Part shown: in pieces, positions 1-7,909 of the stretch | Layout: the number at the start of each line of letters is the position of its first letter | Position numbering within the stretch: the stretch's first letter is position 1 | NCBI GenBank assembly: GCA_045615165.1 | Contig: JAZLEH010000304.1 | Span: 1 to 35,322, forward strand | Direction of reading: 5' to 3' | DNA from: Eubacteriales bacterium | GTDB lineage: Bacteria; Bacillota; Clostridia; Oscillospirales; CAG-272 | DNA: 35,322 nt | Notes under the pieces: model-generated | Databases searched by the model: none | The model's input: the letters and a program-made list of their open reading frames with translations, nothing else | Told to the model about the DNA's origin: nothing | Translations under genes and position numbers: made by a program

Positions 1-206
1 CGGGAAAATTATATACGGCGATATTTTCGCCTTGATCGGTTTATTTGATTTCATGGTGTATTTCTCGCTTTAAATTAAGATAAAGTCATCTCCAAAGTCG
101 CAGACCGATATATTATATCACAAAAATTTCCATTTGTAAATATAAAAAATCGATAAATAAACGAGCCTTATAATCACTTAAGTTGTCGGAATTTACTCTA
201 TTGCTA

Positions 207-235
207 TTGTAATTATTTTTGATCTGTGCTATACT
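207..235 (+). promoter_or_regulatory. putative sigma-A promoter of the adenine deaminase gene
   Basis: TTGTAA (207-212), 17-nt spacer, TATACT (230-235) preceded by TGc (extended -10). It lies about 33 nt upstream of ATG 269. Confidence 0.35.
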
Positions 236-268
236 AAAGAAAAATAAATAAAAACCGGAGAACATATT

Positions 269-2065
269 ATGAGTAATATTTTTTCTAAGAAACCACTCGG
301 GGAATGTTCAAGAGACCTCAGCTCCGTTGCTATGGGAAGAATCCCTGCCGAGACCGTTATTATAAACGCGAAGCTCGTTAACGTTTGCACGCGTGAGATA
401 ATCGAGAACACCTCGGTTGCGATACATAGCGGAAGAATAGCCCTTGTCGGAGATGCGCTTCACTGCATCGGTGACGGAACGAGGGTCATCGACGCTGAGG
501 GAGCTTATATTGCCCCCGGCTTGCTTGACGGACATATTCATATCGAGTCGTCGATGATGAGCCCTTTGGAATATGCACACGCAGTAATTCCGCACGGCAC
601 GACGGGAATCTATTACGACCCACACGAGATATGCAACGTTCTCGGCTTTAAGGGCGTTGAGATAATGATGAACGACGATAAAAGAACTCCCCTTAAGGCT
701 ATGCTCACTCTTCCGTCCTGCGTGCCCGCAGTACCGGGATTTGAGGATAACGGTGCTACCGTAACCTCTGCCGATATCCGCAAGCAAATGGAGATGGACG
801 AGGTTGTCGGACTCGGTGAGATGATGAACTTCCCCGGAATTCAGTTCAGCAATGAGGAGACCCACGCGATAACCGGAGCAACCCTTGAAGCGGGTAAGAT
901 CATTACCGGTCACTATTCAATTCCCGACACGGGTAGGGGTCTTAGCGCATATATCGCAAGCGGTGCGAGATGCTGTCACGAATCGACACGCGCGGAGGAT
1001 GCTCTTGCAAAAATGCGCCTCGGAATGTATGCAATGCTCAGAGAGGGGTCTGCTTGGCACGATCTTAAGGAGGTCAGCCACGCGATAACCGATAGAGAGG
1101 TTGATTCGAGATACGCCGTGCTTGTTTCCGACGATGCACACCCCAACACCCTCGTTGAGAAAGGACATCTTGACCATATCGTAAGAAGAGCTATCGCCGA
1201 GGGAATAGATCCCATTGAGGCGGTGCAGATGGTAACCGTTAACTGCGCGCAGTGCTTCCACATGGATCACGAGCTTGGCTCGATCACACCCGGCAAGTGC
1301 GCGGATATAATTTTTATCGACGATCTTAAATCCTTTAACGTAACGAGGGTCATTATCGACGGTGATATCGTTGCCGAAAACGGAAAGATGCTTATCGAAA
1401 AGCCCGCGGGCGAGTATCCCGAATTTGCAATGAAAACGATGCACGTCGGCGAGGACATCACCCCCGACACCTTTAAGATCTCAACCGATAAAAAGGATAA
1501 GGTAAAGGTAAGAGCGATAGAGATAATCCCCGCAAGAGTAGGAAACTACGAGCGCCATATCGAGCTTGCAGTCAAGGACGGATTGATCGAGTCGGACGTT
1601 GAAAAGGACGTGCTCAAGGCATTTGTTTTCGAGCGTCATAAGAATACGGGCACTCACGGAATAGGATTCGTAAAGGGCTTCAATATAAAGCGCGGCGCAA
1701 TGGCATCCACCGTTGCACACGATGCGCATAATCTTCTCGTCATCGGAACTAACGATGCCGATATGGCTCTCGCGGCGAATACCCTTATTGAGTGCGGCGG
1801 CGGTATGTGCGCCGTGCGTGACGGAAAGGTGCTTGGATGCGTTGAGCTTCCCCTTGCGGGACTTATGAATATTAAGACCGCCGAGGAAATGAGCGCCGAC
1901 GTTGCAAGGCTTGACAAGGCGTGGAAAGAGATCGGATGCGACATCGTATCCCCGTTTATGACGATGGCTCTCATTCCTCTCGCTTGTTTGCCCGAAATCC
2001 GACTTACCAACCGCGGTCTGGTTGACTGTACGAAGTTTGAATTCGTTTCACTTGAGGTAGAATAA
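269..2065 (+). CDS. ade: adenine deaminase (amidohydrolase superfamily)
   Basis: 598-aa ORF with GGAG about 8 nt upstream of ATG 269. HxH metal motif in APGLLDGHIHIESSMM. Length and overall pattern are typical of Ade-family adenine deaminases. Followed by a hairpin terminator. Confidence 0.88.
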   Translation: MSNIFSKKPLGECSRDLSSVAMGRIPAETVIINAKLVNVCTREIIENTSVAIHSGRIALVGDALHCIGDGTRVIDAEGAYIAPGLLDGHIHIESSMMSPLEYAHAVIPHGTTGIYYDPHEICNVLGFKGVEIMMNDDKRTPLKAMLTLPSCVPAVPGFEDNGATVTSADIRKQMEMDEVVGLGEMMNFPGIQFSNEETHAITGATLEAGKIITGHYSIPDTGRGLSAYIASGARCCHESTRAEDALAKMRLGMYAMLREGSAWHDLKEVSHAITDREVDSRYAVLVSDDAHPNTLVEKGHLDHIVRRAIAEGIDPIEAVQMVTVNCAQCFHMDHELGSITPGKCADIIFIDDLKSFNVTRVIIDGDIVAENGKMLIEKPAGEYPEFAMKTMHVGEDITPDTFKISTDKKDKVKVRAIEIIPARVGNYERHIELAVKDGLIESDVEKDVLKAFVFERHKNTGTHGIGFVKGFNIKRGAMASTVAHDAHNLLVIGTNDADMALAANTLIECGGGMCAVRDGKVLGCVELPLAGLMNIKTAEEMSADVARLDKAWKEIGCDIVSPFMTMALIPLACLPEIRLTNRGLVDCTKFEFVSLEVE

Positions 2066-2079
2066 TTAAAACGAAAACG

Positions 2080-2110
2080 AAAACCCCGACGGAAATTCCG
2101 TCGGGGTTTT
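2080..2110. terminator. bidirectional rho-independent terminator between convergent ade and mgtE
   Basis: AAAA-CCCCGACGG (2084-2092), loop AAATT, CCGTCGGGG (2098-2106), TTTT. The A-tract and T-tract flanks let it work on both strands. Confidence 0.8.
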
Positions 2111-2117
2111 ATCATAT

Positions 2118-3494
2118 CTACGAAGAAAGAGCGGGAATAAGCCTTGATGCGAGGGCGAAATAAACCACTAGCGCAAGCGCATCGACAACCGTCGTAATAA
2201 AGGGGTTGGCAACTACTGCGGGATCAAGCTTCACCGCCTTTACGATCAAGGGGAGAACGCAACCGACAAGCTTCGCAAGAACGACGATAAAGAAGAGAGT
2301 CGCCGCTATAACGAAGGAAATTCGCACGCCCCCCTCCTCACGGAAGAGTCCGTCAACGTACATAACCTTTAAAAAGGCAATCGGAACGAGAGTGAGTCCG
2401 CAAAGCATTGAAACGCGCATTTCTTTCCAGATAACGCGCAGCGTGTCCGCAAGTCTTATTTCGTTTATTGAGAGTCCTCGTATAACGGTGACCGAAGCCT
2501 GGCTACCGGCGTTACCGCCCGTTCCCATAAGCATCGGGATGAATGCGGTAAGTATGGTGCAGGCGGCAAGCGCCGCCTCGTAGGAGGCAATGATGCTCGA
2601 GGTTACCGTCGCCGAGATCATAAGGAGTAAAAGCCAAGGAATTCTTGAAAGCCAAAGGCGGGTTGCACTCGTCTTCAAATATGGCTTCTCGGAGGGGAGG
2701 ATCGCCGCCATCTGCGCGATATCCTCGGTCGCTTTCGTTTCAAGAACGTCGATCGCGTCGTCGATCGTTATAATGCCGACGATGCGTGATTCCGCATCAA
2801 GAACGGGGAGGGCGAGCAGGTCGTATTTTGAGATCTTTTCTGCCGCTTCCTCTCTGTCGTCAAGGGTGGAGACGGATATCGGATCTTCTTCCATAAGGTC
2901 TATGAGGCGCTCGTCGTCATTTGCAAGAAGAAGGGCTTTGACGGTAACCGTGCCAAGCAAACGGCGGTTTTCCGTAACGTAGCAGGTGTAAATCGTCTCC
3001 TTATCAACGCCGACTCTGCGTATCTTTGCGATCGCCTCCGCAACGGTCATCGACTTTTTAAGGCTGACGTACTCCGTCGTCATCATGCTTCCGACGCTGT
3101 CCTTGGGGTACATCAAAATTTCGTTGATCGCGTTGCGCGTTTCTTTATCAGTGTTTTTCAAAATTCGTGATACTACGCCTGCGGGCATTTCTTCAACGAG
3201 GTCTGCCGCGTCGTCGAGGTAAAGCTCACTCACGATCTCGCGAAGCCTTGAATCGTTGAATCCGTTGATAAGCATTTTTTGCTTATCGCTATCCATTTCG
3301 ACGAATACCTCTGCCGCCTGCTCTTTCGGAAGCAGTCGGAAGCAAAGAGAAAGCTCCTGCTCGGAGAGCGCGTCAAAAGCTTCCGCAACGTCGATCGGAT
3401 TTTCTTCGCACAGTATTGGCTTTAGGTTTTTGTAATCCGATGCCTCAATCAGCTCGGATATCTTTTCACGAAGCTCGTCTGCACTTAACGTAAT
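2118..3494 (-). CDS. mgtE: magnesium transporter MgtE (N-domain + CBS pair + 5-TM channel domain)
   Basis: The ORF track starts at ATG 3296 (392 aa: CBS pair, then TM domain with GTGGNAGSQAS). The frame stays open upstream to TAA 3507-3509. The upstream codons encode a typical MgtE N-domain (LSADELREKISELIEASDYKNLKPILCEENPIDVAEAFDALSEQELSLCFRLLPKEQAAEVFVEM). That stretch has no ATG, GTG or TTG. The start is placed provisionally at ATT 3492-3494, directly after GGGGGTGAT. The stop at 2118 is secure; the start is uncertain. Confidence 0.85.
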   Translation of the reverse strand: MTLSADELREKISELIEASDYKNLKPILCEENPIDVAEAFDALSEQELSLCFRLLPKEQAAEVFVEMDSDKQKMLINGFNDSRLREIVSELYLDDAADLVEEMPAGVVSRILKNTDKETRNAINEILMYPKDSVGSMMTTEYVSLKKSMTVAEAIAKIRRVGVDKETIYTCYVTENRRLLGTVTVKALLLANDDERLIDLMEEDPISVSTLDDREEAAEKISKYDLLALPVLDAESRIVGIITIDDAIDVLETKATEDIAQMAAILPSEKPYLKTSATRLWLSRIPWLLLLMISATVTSSIIASYEAALAACTILTAFIPMLMGTGGNAGSQASVTVIRGLSINEIRLADTLRVIWKEMRVSMLCGLTLVPIAFLKVMYVDGLFREEGGVRISFVIAATLFFIVVLAKLVGCVLPLIVKAVKLDPAVVANPFITTVVDALALVVYFALASRLIPALSS

Positions 3495-3521
3495 ATCACC
3501 CCCTATTTAAAATCTATCTTA

Positions 3522-3550
3522 GTTTTACCACAAAAAATTATTTTTGTCAA
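3522..3550 (-). promoter_or_regulatory. putative sigma-A promoter of mgtE
   Basis: On the minus strand: TTGACA (3550-3545), 17 nt, TAAAAC (3527-3522) preceded by TGg. This leaves only about 20 nt of leader before the SD. Confidence 0.4.
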
Positions 3551-3581
3551 TCCTTAGGTGCAATTAGGCAGGCATATGCCC

Positions 3582-3610
3582 TTGATTTTTTCTGGCTCTT
3601 ATGATATACT
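3582..3610 (+). promoter_or_regulatory. putative sigma-A promoter of the Ntn-amidotransferase-like gene
   Basis: TTGATT (3582-3587), 17 nt, TATACT (3605-3610) with TGa extended -10. A 10-bp perfect palindrome GGCATATGCC (3571-3580) abuts the -35. Confidence 0.45.
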
Positions 3611-3668
3611 CGTTTGTAAGAACACCTTTTTGGGTTCATAATATAGAATAAGCAAGCGAGGAAAAAAT

Positions 3669-4772
3669 ATGTGTAATATCGCGGGATACGTTGGAGAAAA
3701 GCAAGCCGCCCCCATTCTTATCGAAATGCTTCGCCGTCAGCAAGGATTTGACGGTGGCGTTTGCACGGGTATCGTTACATTTCACGAGGGCAGGCTTCAT
3801 TACAGAAAGGTAGTAGGAGACGTTGACGTGCTTTTGAAAACCACCGATGCGCTGAATCTTCCCGGAACTATCGGAATCGCACACACTCGCCCCGGCGGAA
3901 GCCCCGAAACCTATAACTTCGCCCATCCGTTTATAACTTATGATGAAAGAATGGCGTGCGTTACAAACGGTACGAGCCGCGGAAGCACGCCCGGCGCTGT
4001 GCAGGCGTTTGCAAATCGGCTCGAAGAGGCGGGCTACAAGTTCCGCGGCGAATCCTTTATCGAGGGCGAAAAAATGGTAAGGCTTAAGAACGGCGCGGCA
4101 GTCAGCGGCGCAGAGGTTCGCGTTAACGCAATGCATTATTATCATAAGGCTAAGGGAATGCCGCTTTCCAAGGCGATGGCGACGGCTGACATTGAGATGT
4201 ATAAGGACGGCGTTATTGAGATTTTGTCGGCAGATGAGCCGGATAGAATATCCGTGCTTCGCACAAGCCGCCCCGCAATCACCTTGAAAACGAGCGACGG
4301 CATCTACGTTGCAAGCACGCGCTTTGCGTTTGACGAGTCGCTTGAGGGGGAGATAAAACAGCTTCCCGTTATGTACCCGTGTCAGATATTCAAGGATAAG
4401 ATCGTCGTTACCGAGGATAAAATGACGGGTTGCGATGAGGTCAGCGAGATCACCGACTACACTCTTGAGGAGGGGTATAAGAGAATTTGCGCGCTTCTTC
4501 AGGGGAAAAAGGACGATCCCCTTTACTTTGACGACCTTGAGCTTGCCGTTTGGCGCAATATGCGCGATCTCTTCCCGGGCGACCACACGCTTATTCAGGA
4601 TGCACGCCTCGTTTACGACGTGCTTTGGAGACTCTATAAAGAGGGAAGACTCCGCATGAAAAACGTGCTGATGAACAAGGACAACAGATATCATCCGGGC
4701 GACCCTATGTACAACGACGCGAGAAACATCCCCGGCATCAAGGACAGAATCTTCATGTGGCTTGAGGATTGA
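3669..4772 (+). CDS. class-II (Ntn, Cys2) glutamine amidotransferase-like protein with an uncharacterised C-terminal region
   Basis: 367 aa. It starts MCNIAGYVGEKQAAPILIEMLRRQQ, like the GlmS/PurF-type N-terminal nucleophile domain. Also has GTIGIAHTRPGG and CVTNG blocks. No SIS or synthase domain follows; the last ~110 aa are unrecognised. GAGG SD 7 nt upstream. Confidence 0.7.
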   Translation: MCNIAGYVGEKQAAPILIEMLRRQQGFDGGVCTGIVTFHEGRLHYRKVVGDVDVLLKTTDALNLPGTIGIAHTRPGGSPETYNFAHPFITYDERMACVTNGTSRGSTPGAVQAFANRLEEAGYKFRGESFIEGEKMVRLKNGAAVSGAEVRVNAMHYYHKAKGMPLSKAMATADIEMYKDGVIEILSADEPDRISVLRTSRPAITLKTSDGIYVASTRFAFDESLEGEIKQLPVMYPCQIFKDKIVVTEDKMTGCDEVSEITDYTLEEGYKRICALLQGKKDDPLYFDDLELAVWRNMRDLFPGDHTLIQDARLVYDVLWRLYKEGRLRMKNVLMNKDNRYHPGDPMYNDARNIPGIKDRIFMWLED

Positions 4773-4795
4773 TTTTCACGGCAAGATAGACAAAA

Positions 4796-4822
4796 AATTC
4801 CCGCAGTGCGCGGGAATTTTTT
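4796..4822 (+). terminator. rho-independent terminator
   Basis: AATTCCCGC (4796-4804), loop AGTGC, GCGGGAATT (4810-4818), continuing into a T-run. Confidence 0.8.
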
Positions 4823-4835
4823 CTTATATGCTCAG

Positions 4836-4864
4836 TTGACATTTTGACCAAAATGTAATATAAT
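4836..4864 (+). promoter_or_regulatory. consensus sigma-A promoter of the symporter gene
   Basis: TTGACA (4836-4841), 17 nt, TATAAT (4859-4864). Confidence 0.55.
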
Positions 4865-4896
4865 ATAAGATGTTTATAAAATATTTGGAGTAAATA

Positions 4897-6447
4897 ATGG
4901 CACTTGATTACATAATTCTCGGCTTGTACGCGCTCTCAATGGTGGGTATAGCCGTGTACACTCATAATCGTTCAAAGTCGGTAAACGACTTCCTCCTCGC
5001 AGGTAAAAAGGGGCTTAACGGATGGATGAGCGCGTTCTCTTACGGAACGACGTATTTTTCCGCGGTCGTATTTATCGGATATGCAGGTAAATTCGGTCAG
5101 GCTTACGGCCTTGCGGCGGTGTGGATCGGTATTGTTAACGCGATCGCGGGAGCGCTCATTGCGTGGTTGCTTCTCGCAAAGCGCACGAAGAATATGACGG
5201 CGCGCCTTTCGGCAAAGACTATGCCCGAGTTCTTTGAAAAGAGATACGGCTCAAAGAATATCAAGCTTTTAAGCGCAATCGTTATATTCCTATTCCTGAT
5301 TCCTTATTCGGCATCCGTTTATAACGGACTTTCCAGCCTCTTCGCTATAGTTTTCGGCATTCCCGGTTGGGTCGTAATGGTGCTTCTCGCGGTGCTTACA
5401 GCGGTCTACCTCTTCTTCGGCGGATATTTTGCAACCGCTCTCTCGGATTTCATTCAGGGAATAATAATGCTCGTGGGTGTTGTTCTTATGGTCATCTGCT
5501 TTATGAATCACGACAACGTTTCCTGGGATCTCTCGAAGCTTGCCGATGACGTAAACAAGACCTGGTTTACCTTTGGTAATACGGAAAATTACAAGGGAAT
5601 TTACGGTCCTACTGTATCGCTCATTTCACTCATACTTCTAACGTCGTTCGGCGTATGGGGACTTCCGCAGACTATACATAAGTATTACGCGATAAGGGAT
5701 AAAAAGGCTATAACTCAGGGCGTAATAGTTAGTACCGCATTTGCTCTTATTATCGGATTCGGCGCGTATTTCGTAGGCGCACTTGCAGGTCTTTTCCCCG
5801 AGCATCTTGTCGGTGTTTCGGCGGACAACGTTATCCCCGTCCTTCTTGCCAAGGTCATTCCCGCAGGCCTTATGGGTGTTATCATGGTGCTGATCCTTTC
5901 GGCAAGTATGTCTACTCTCGCTTCGGTATCTCTTGCCTCTGCATCCGTCGTGGCGGTCGATATATATAAGGGAAAAATAAACACGAGCGCCTCGGATAAG
6001 CGCGTAAACACGGTTATGAGAGCTCTTTGCCTTGCTTTTATTCTCATTTCGGTCGTTATCGCTCTTGTGAACACAAGGTACGAGGTTGCCGCTATCGCAT
6101 ATATGATGGGCATTAGCTGGGGAACGCTTTCGGGCTGCTTTATCGGTCCGTTTGTGATCGGACTTTACTGGAAGCGCGTAACAAGAAGCGCGGTGTGGTC
6201 GTCGATCGTATCCTCTCTTGTTCTGACGGTCAGTCTTATTATCTTCTTTGGCTATCATCAGAACGGCTTTGCCTGCTCGTTTGGCGCAGCGCTGAAAGCG
6301 GGCGTCGGATGCTCGCCTATGATCGGCGTTATCTGTATGATGTTCTCCGTTATCATAACGGTGGCAGTCAGCCTTTTGACGAAAAAACCGTCGGACGATA
6401 TCATCAGTGAGGCGTTTGATAAGTATATCGAAAACGAAATTGCATAA
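4897..6447 (+). CDS. sodium:solute symporter family (SSF) transporter, substrate unknown
   Basis: 516-aa polytopic membrane ORF. The N-terminal SVNDFLLAGKKGLNGWMSAFSYGTTYFSA pattern is typical of PutP/PanF/SglT-like SSF proteins. TTGGAG SD. Has its own promoter and terminator. Confidence 0.85.
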   Translation: MALDYIILGLYALSMVGIAVYTHNRSKSVNDFLLAGKKGLNGWMSAFSYGTTYFSAVVFIGYAGKFGQAYGLAAVWIGIVNAIAGALIAWLLLAKRTKNMTARLSAKTMPEFFEKRYGSKNIKLLSAIVIFLFLIPYSASVYNGLSSLFAIVFGIPGWVVMVLLAVLTAVYLFFGGYFATALSDFIQGIIMLVGVVLMVICFMNHDNVSWDLSKLADDVNKTWFTFGNTENYKGIYGPTVSLISLILLTSFGVWGLPQTIHKYYAIRDKKAITQGVIVSTAFALIIGFGAYFVGALAGLFPEHLVGVSADNVIPVLLAKVIPAGLMGVIMVLILSASMSTLASVSLASASVVAVDIYKGKINTSASDKRVNTVMRALCLAFILISVVIALVNTRYEVAAIAYMMGISWGTLSGCFIGPFVIGLYWKRVTRSAVWSSIVSSLVLTVSLIIFFGYHQNGFACSFGAALKAGVGCSPMIGVICMMFSVIITVAVSLLTKKPSDDIISEAFDKYIENEIA

Positions 6448-6453
6448 ACGGTT

Positions 6454-6481
6454 AAATCGGCAGTGATTTTCTGCCGATTTT
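6454..6481 (+). terminator. rho-independent terminator
   Basis: AAATCGGCAG (6454-6463), loop TGATTTT, CTGCCGATTT (6471-6480) plus T. Confidence 0.8.
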
Positions 6482-6514
6482 CCTGCTTTTATGTAACAAA
6501 TTCCGCCAAAATTA

Positions 6515-6544
6515 TTGACAAAGCGCGCGAGCGTGTTATATAAT
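6515..6544 (+). promoter_or_regulatory. consensus sigma-A promoter of the paaK-ior operon
   Basis: TTGACA (6515-6520), 18 nt, TATAAT (6539-6544). Confidence 0.55.
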
Positions 6545-6595
6545 ATAAGTAATTTAAAATTTAGTATAATAAAGTAAAGCAAAGTTGGTAAAATT

Positions 6596-7894
6596 ATGAT
6601 TTGGTCAAAAGAAGAAACTTTATCAAGAACTGAGATGCAGGCGCTTCAGCTTGAACGCCTTAAGGAGACCGTTGCGAGAGTATACGCAAAGGTTGAGCCG
6701 TATAGAAAGAAGATGGATGAGGCGGGCGTAAAACCCGAGGATATCAAGAGCCTTGACGATCTTCGCAAGCTTCCGTTCGTAACGAAGCAGGATATGAGAG
6801 ACAATTATCCCTTTGGGCTCTTCGCCGTGCCTAAGGACGAGCTTGTGAGAATACACGCATCCTCGGGAACAACGGGCAAGCCCACTGTCGTAGGATATAC
6901 GAAGGGTGACCTTGAAACCTGGACCGAGTGCGTATCGCGTATAGCTTGTGCGGGCGGTGCTTCCGCCGGTGACGTTGCGCAGATATGCTTTGGTTACGGT
7001 ATGTTTACCGGCGCTATCGGACTTCATTACGGCCTTGAAAATATCGGAGCGGCTATCGTTCCCTCGTCTACCGGTAACTCCGAAAAGCAGATAATGTATA
7101 TGAAAGATTTCGGAACGACGCTTCTCGTCGCAACACCCTCATACGCGTTAAGGCTTGCAGAGGTTGCTCGTGAAATGGGCGTTGACCCTGCAACCGACCT
7201 TAACGTTAAGATCGGTCTTGTTGGAAGTGAGCTTCTCACCGACGCTATGCGTGATGAAATGCATAAATATTGGGGCAAGGATATGCTCGTTACCTCCAAC
7301 TACGGTATGAGCGAGCTTATGGGTCCCGGCGTTTCGGGTGAGTGCGAATACCTTTGCGGTATGCATATAAACGAGGACTACTTCATTCCCGAGATAATCA
7401 ATCCCGAAACGGGTGAGGTTCTTCCCGAAGGGGAGTGGGGCGAGCTCGTTATAACCTGTATAAAGAAAGAGGCGCTTCCTCTTATCCGTTACAGAACTAA
7501 GGATATAACTCGACTTCACTATGAAAAGTGCAAGTGCGGAAGAACCACCTGCCGAATGGAAAACCTTTCGGGCAGAAGCGACGATATGCTTAAGATACGC
7601 GGCGTAAACGTATTCCCGAGCCAGATCGAAGAGGTCGTTCTCTCGGTTGACGGACTTGGCCCGCATTACGAGATCATCGTTGAGAGGGACGGATATGCGG
7701 ATAAGCTTACCGTGCGCGTTGAGCTTCTCAAGGCAACCGACACGTTCGCTGATCTTGAGAAAATAGAAAAGAGTGTTAGAAATAAGCTTCGCGTAATTCT
7801 TGGACTTGATGCCAAGGTGAAGCTTGAAAGCCCGAACACCCTTGCGAGATTTGAGGGCAAGGCGAAGAGGGTTAAGGATCTCAGAAAGCAATAA
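6596..7894 (+). CDS. paaK: phenylacetate-CoA ligase family protein (arylacetate-CoA ligase), paralogue 1
   Basis: 432 aa. Motifs RIHASSGTTGKPTVVGYT, NYGMSE, LIRYRTKD and GRSDDMLKIRGVNVFPSQIE are typical of PaaK/F390-synthetase-like AMP-forming ligases. Confidence 0.85.
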   Translation: MIWSKEETLSRTEMQALQLERLKETVARVYAKVEPYRKKMDEAGVKPEDIKSLDDLRKLPFVTKQDMRDNYPFGLFAVPKDELVRIHASSGTTGKPTVVGYTKGDLETWTECVSRIACAGGASAGDVAQICFGYGMFTGAIGLHYGLENIGAAIVPSSTGNSEKQIMYMKDFGTTLLVATPSYALRLAEVAREMGVDPATDLNVKIGLVGSELLTDAMRDEMHKYWGKDMLVTSNYGMSELMGPGVSGECEYLCGMHINEDYFIPEIINPETGEVLPEGEWGELVITCIKKEALPLIRYRTKDITRLHYEKCKCGRTTCRMENLSGRSDDMLKIRGVNVFPSQIEEVVLSVDGLGPHYEIIVERDGYADKLTVRVELLKATDTFADLEKIEKSVRNKLRVILGLDAKVKLESPNTLARFEGKAKRVKDLRKQ

Positions 7895-7909
7895 TGGAGG
7901 ATATACATA

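Noticed and set aside
1-74. Two coding fragments at the left window edge. One is a plus-strand frame ending at TAA 71-73 (…GKIIYGDIFALIGLFDFMVYFSL). The other is a minus-strand ATG at 54-52 (MKSNKPIKAKISPYIIFP…) running off the edge.
   Set aside because: Both are under 25 codons and mutually exclusive. Neither has a convincing SD or terminator, so I cannot decide which, if either, is real.
236-268. Looked for a purine riboswitch upstream of adenine deaminase.
   Set aside because: Only about 33 nt lie between the predicted -10 and the ATG. No three-way junction could fit, and no conserved purine-riboswitch loops were seen in 1-268.
229-411. A 60-aa minus-strand ORF overlapping the ade start and promoter.
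   Set aside because: It overlaps a well-supported gene and its promoter, has no SD, and its hydrophobic low-complexity sequence is typical of a chance ORF.
3507-3668. Looked for an M-box (Mg2+) riboswitch upstream of mgtE, and for any structured leader upstream of the Ntn gene.
   Set aside because: The whole divergent region is about 160 nt and is occupied by two back-to-back promoters. The mgtE leader would be about 20 nt, far too short for the roughly 160-nt M-box.
3636-4694. A 352-aa antisense ORF covering almost the entire Ntn-amidotransferase-like gene.
   Set aside because: This is a shadow ORF. The sense strand has clear family motifs, an SD, a promoter and a terminator. The antisense product has no SD, an odd composition (Arg, Ala, Cys, His rich) and no recognisable motif.
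5638-6582. A 314-aa antisense ORF opposite the SSF transporter gene. Similar long antisense ORFs lie at 7148-7891, 8423-9256, 9386-10123, 12592-13428 and 24222-24950.
   Set aside because: All lie opposite genes with strong homology signatures. The sense genes strongly prefer codons such as CTT, AAG and GAG and avoid TTA, CTA and TCA, which removes stop codons from the complementary frame. No SDs or independent promoters were seen. A systematic dual-coding signal would need ribosome profiling to be taken seriously.
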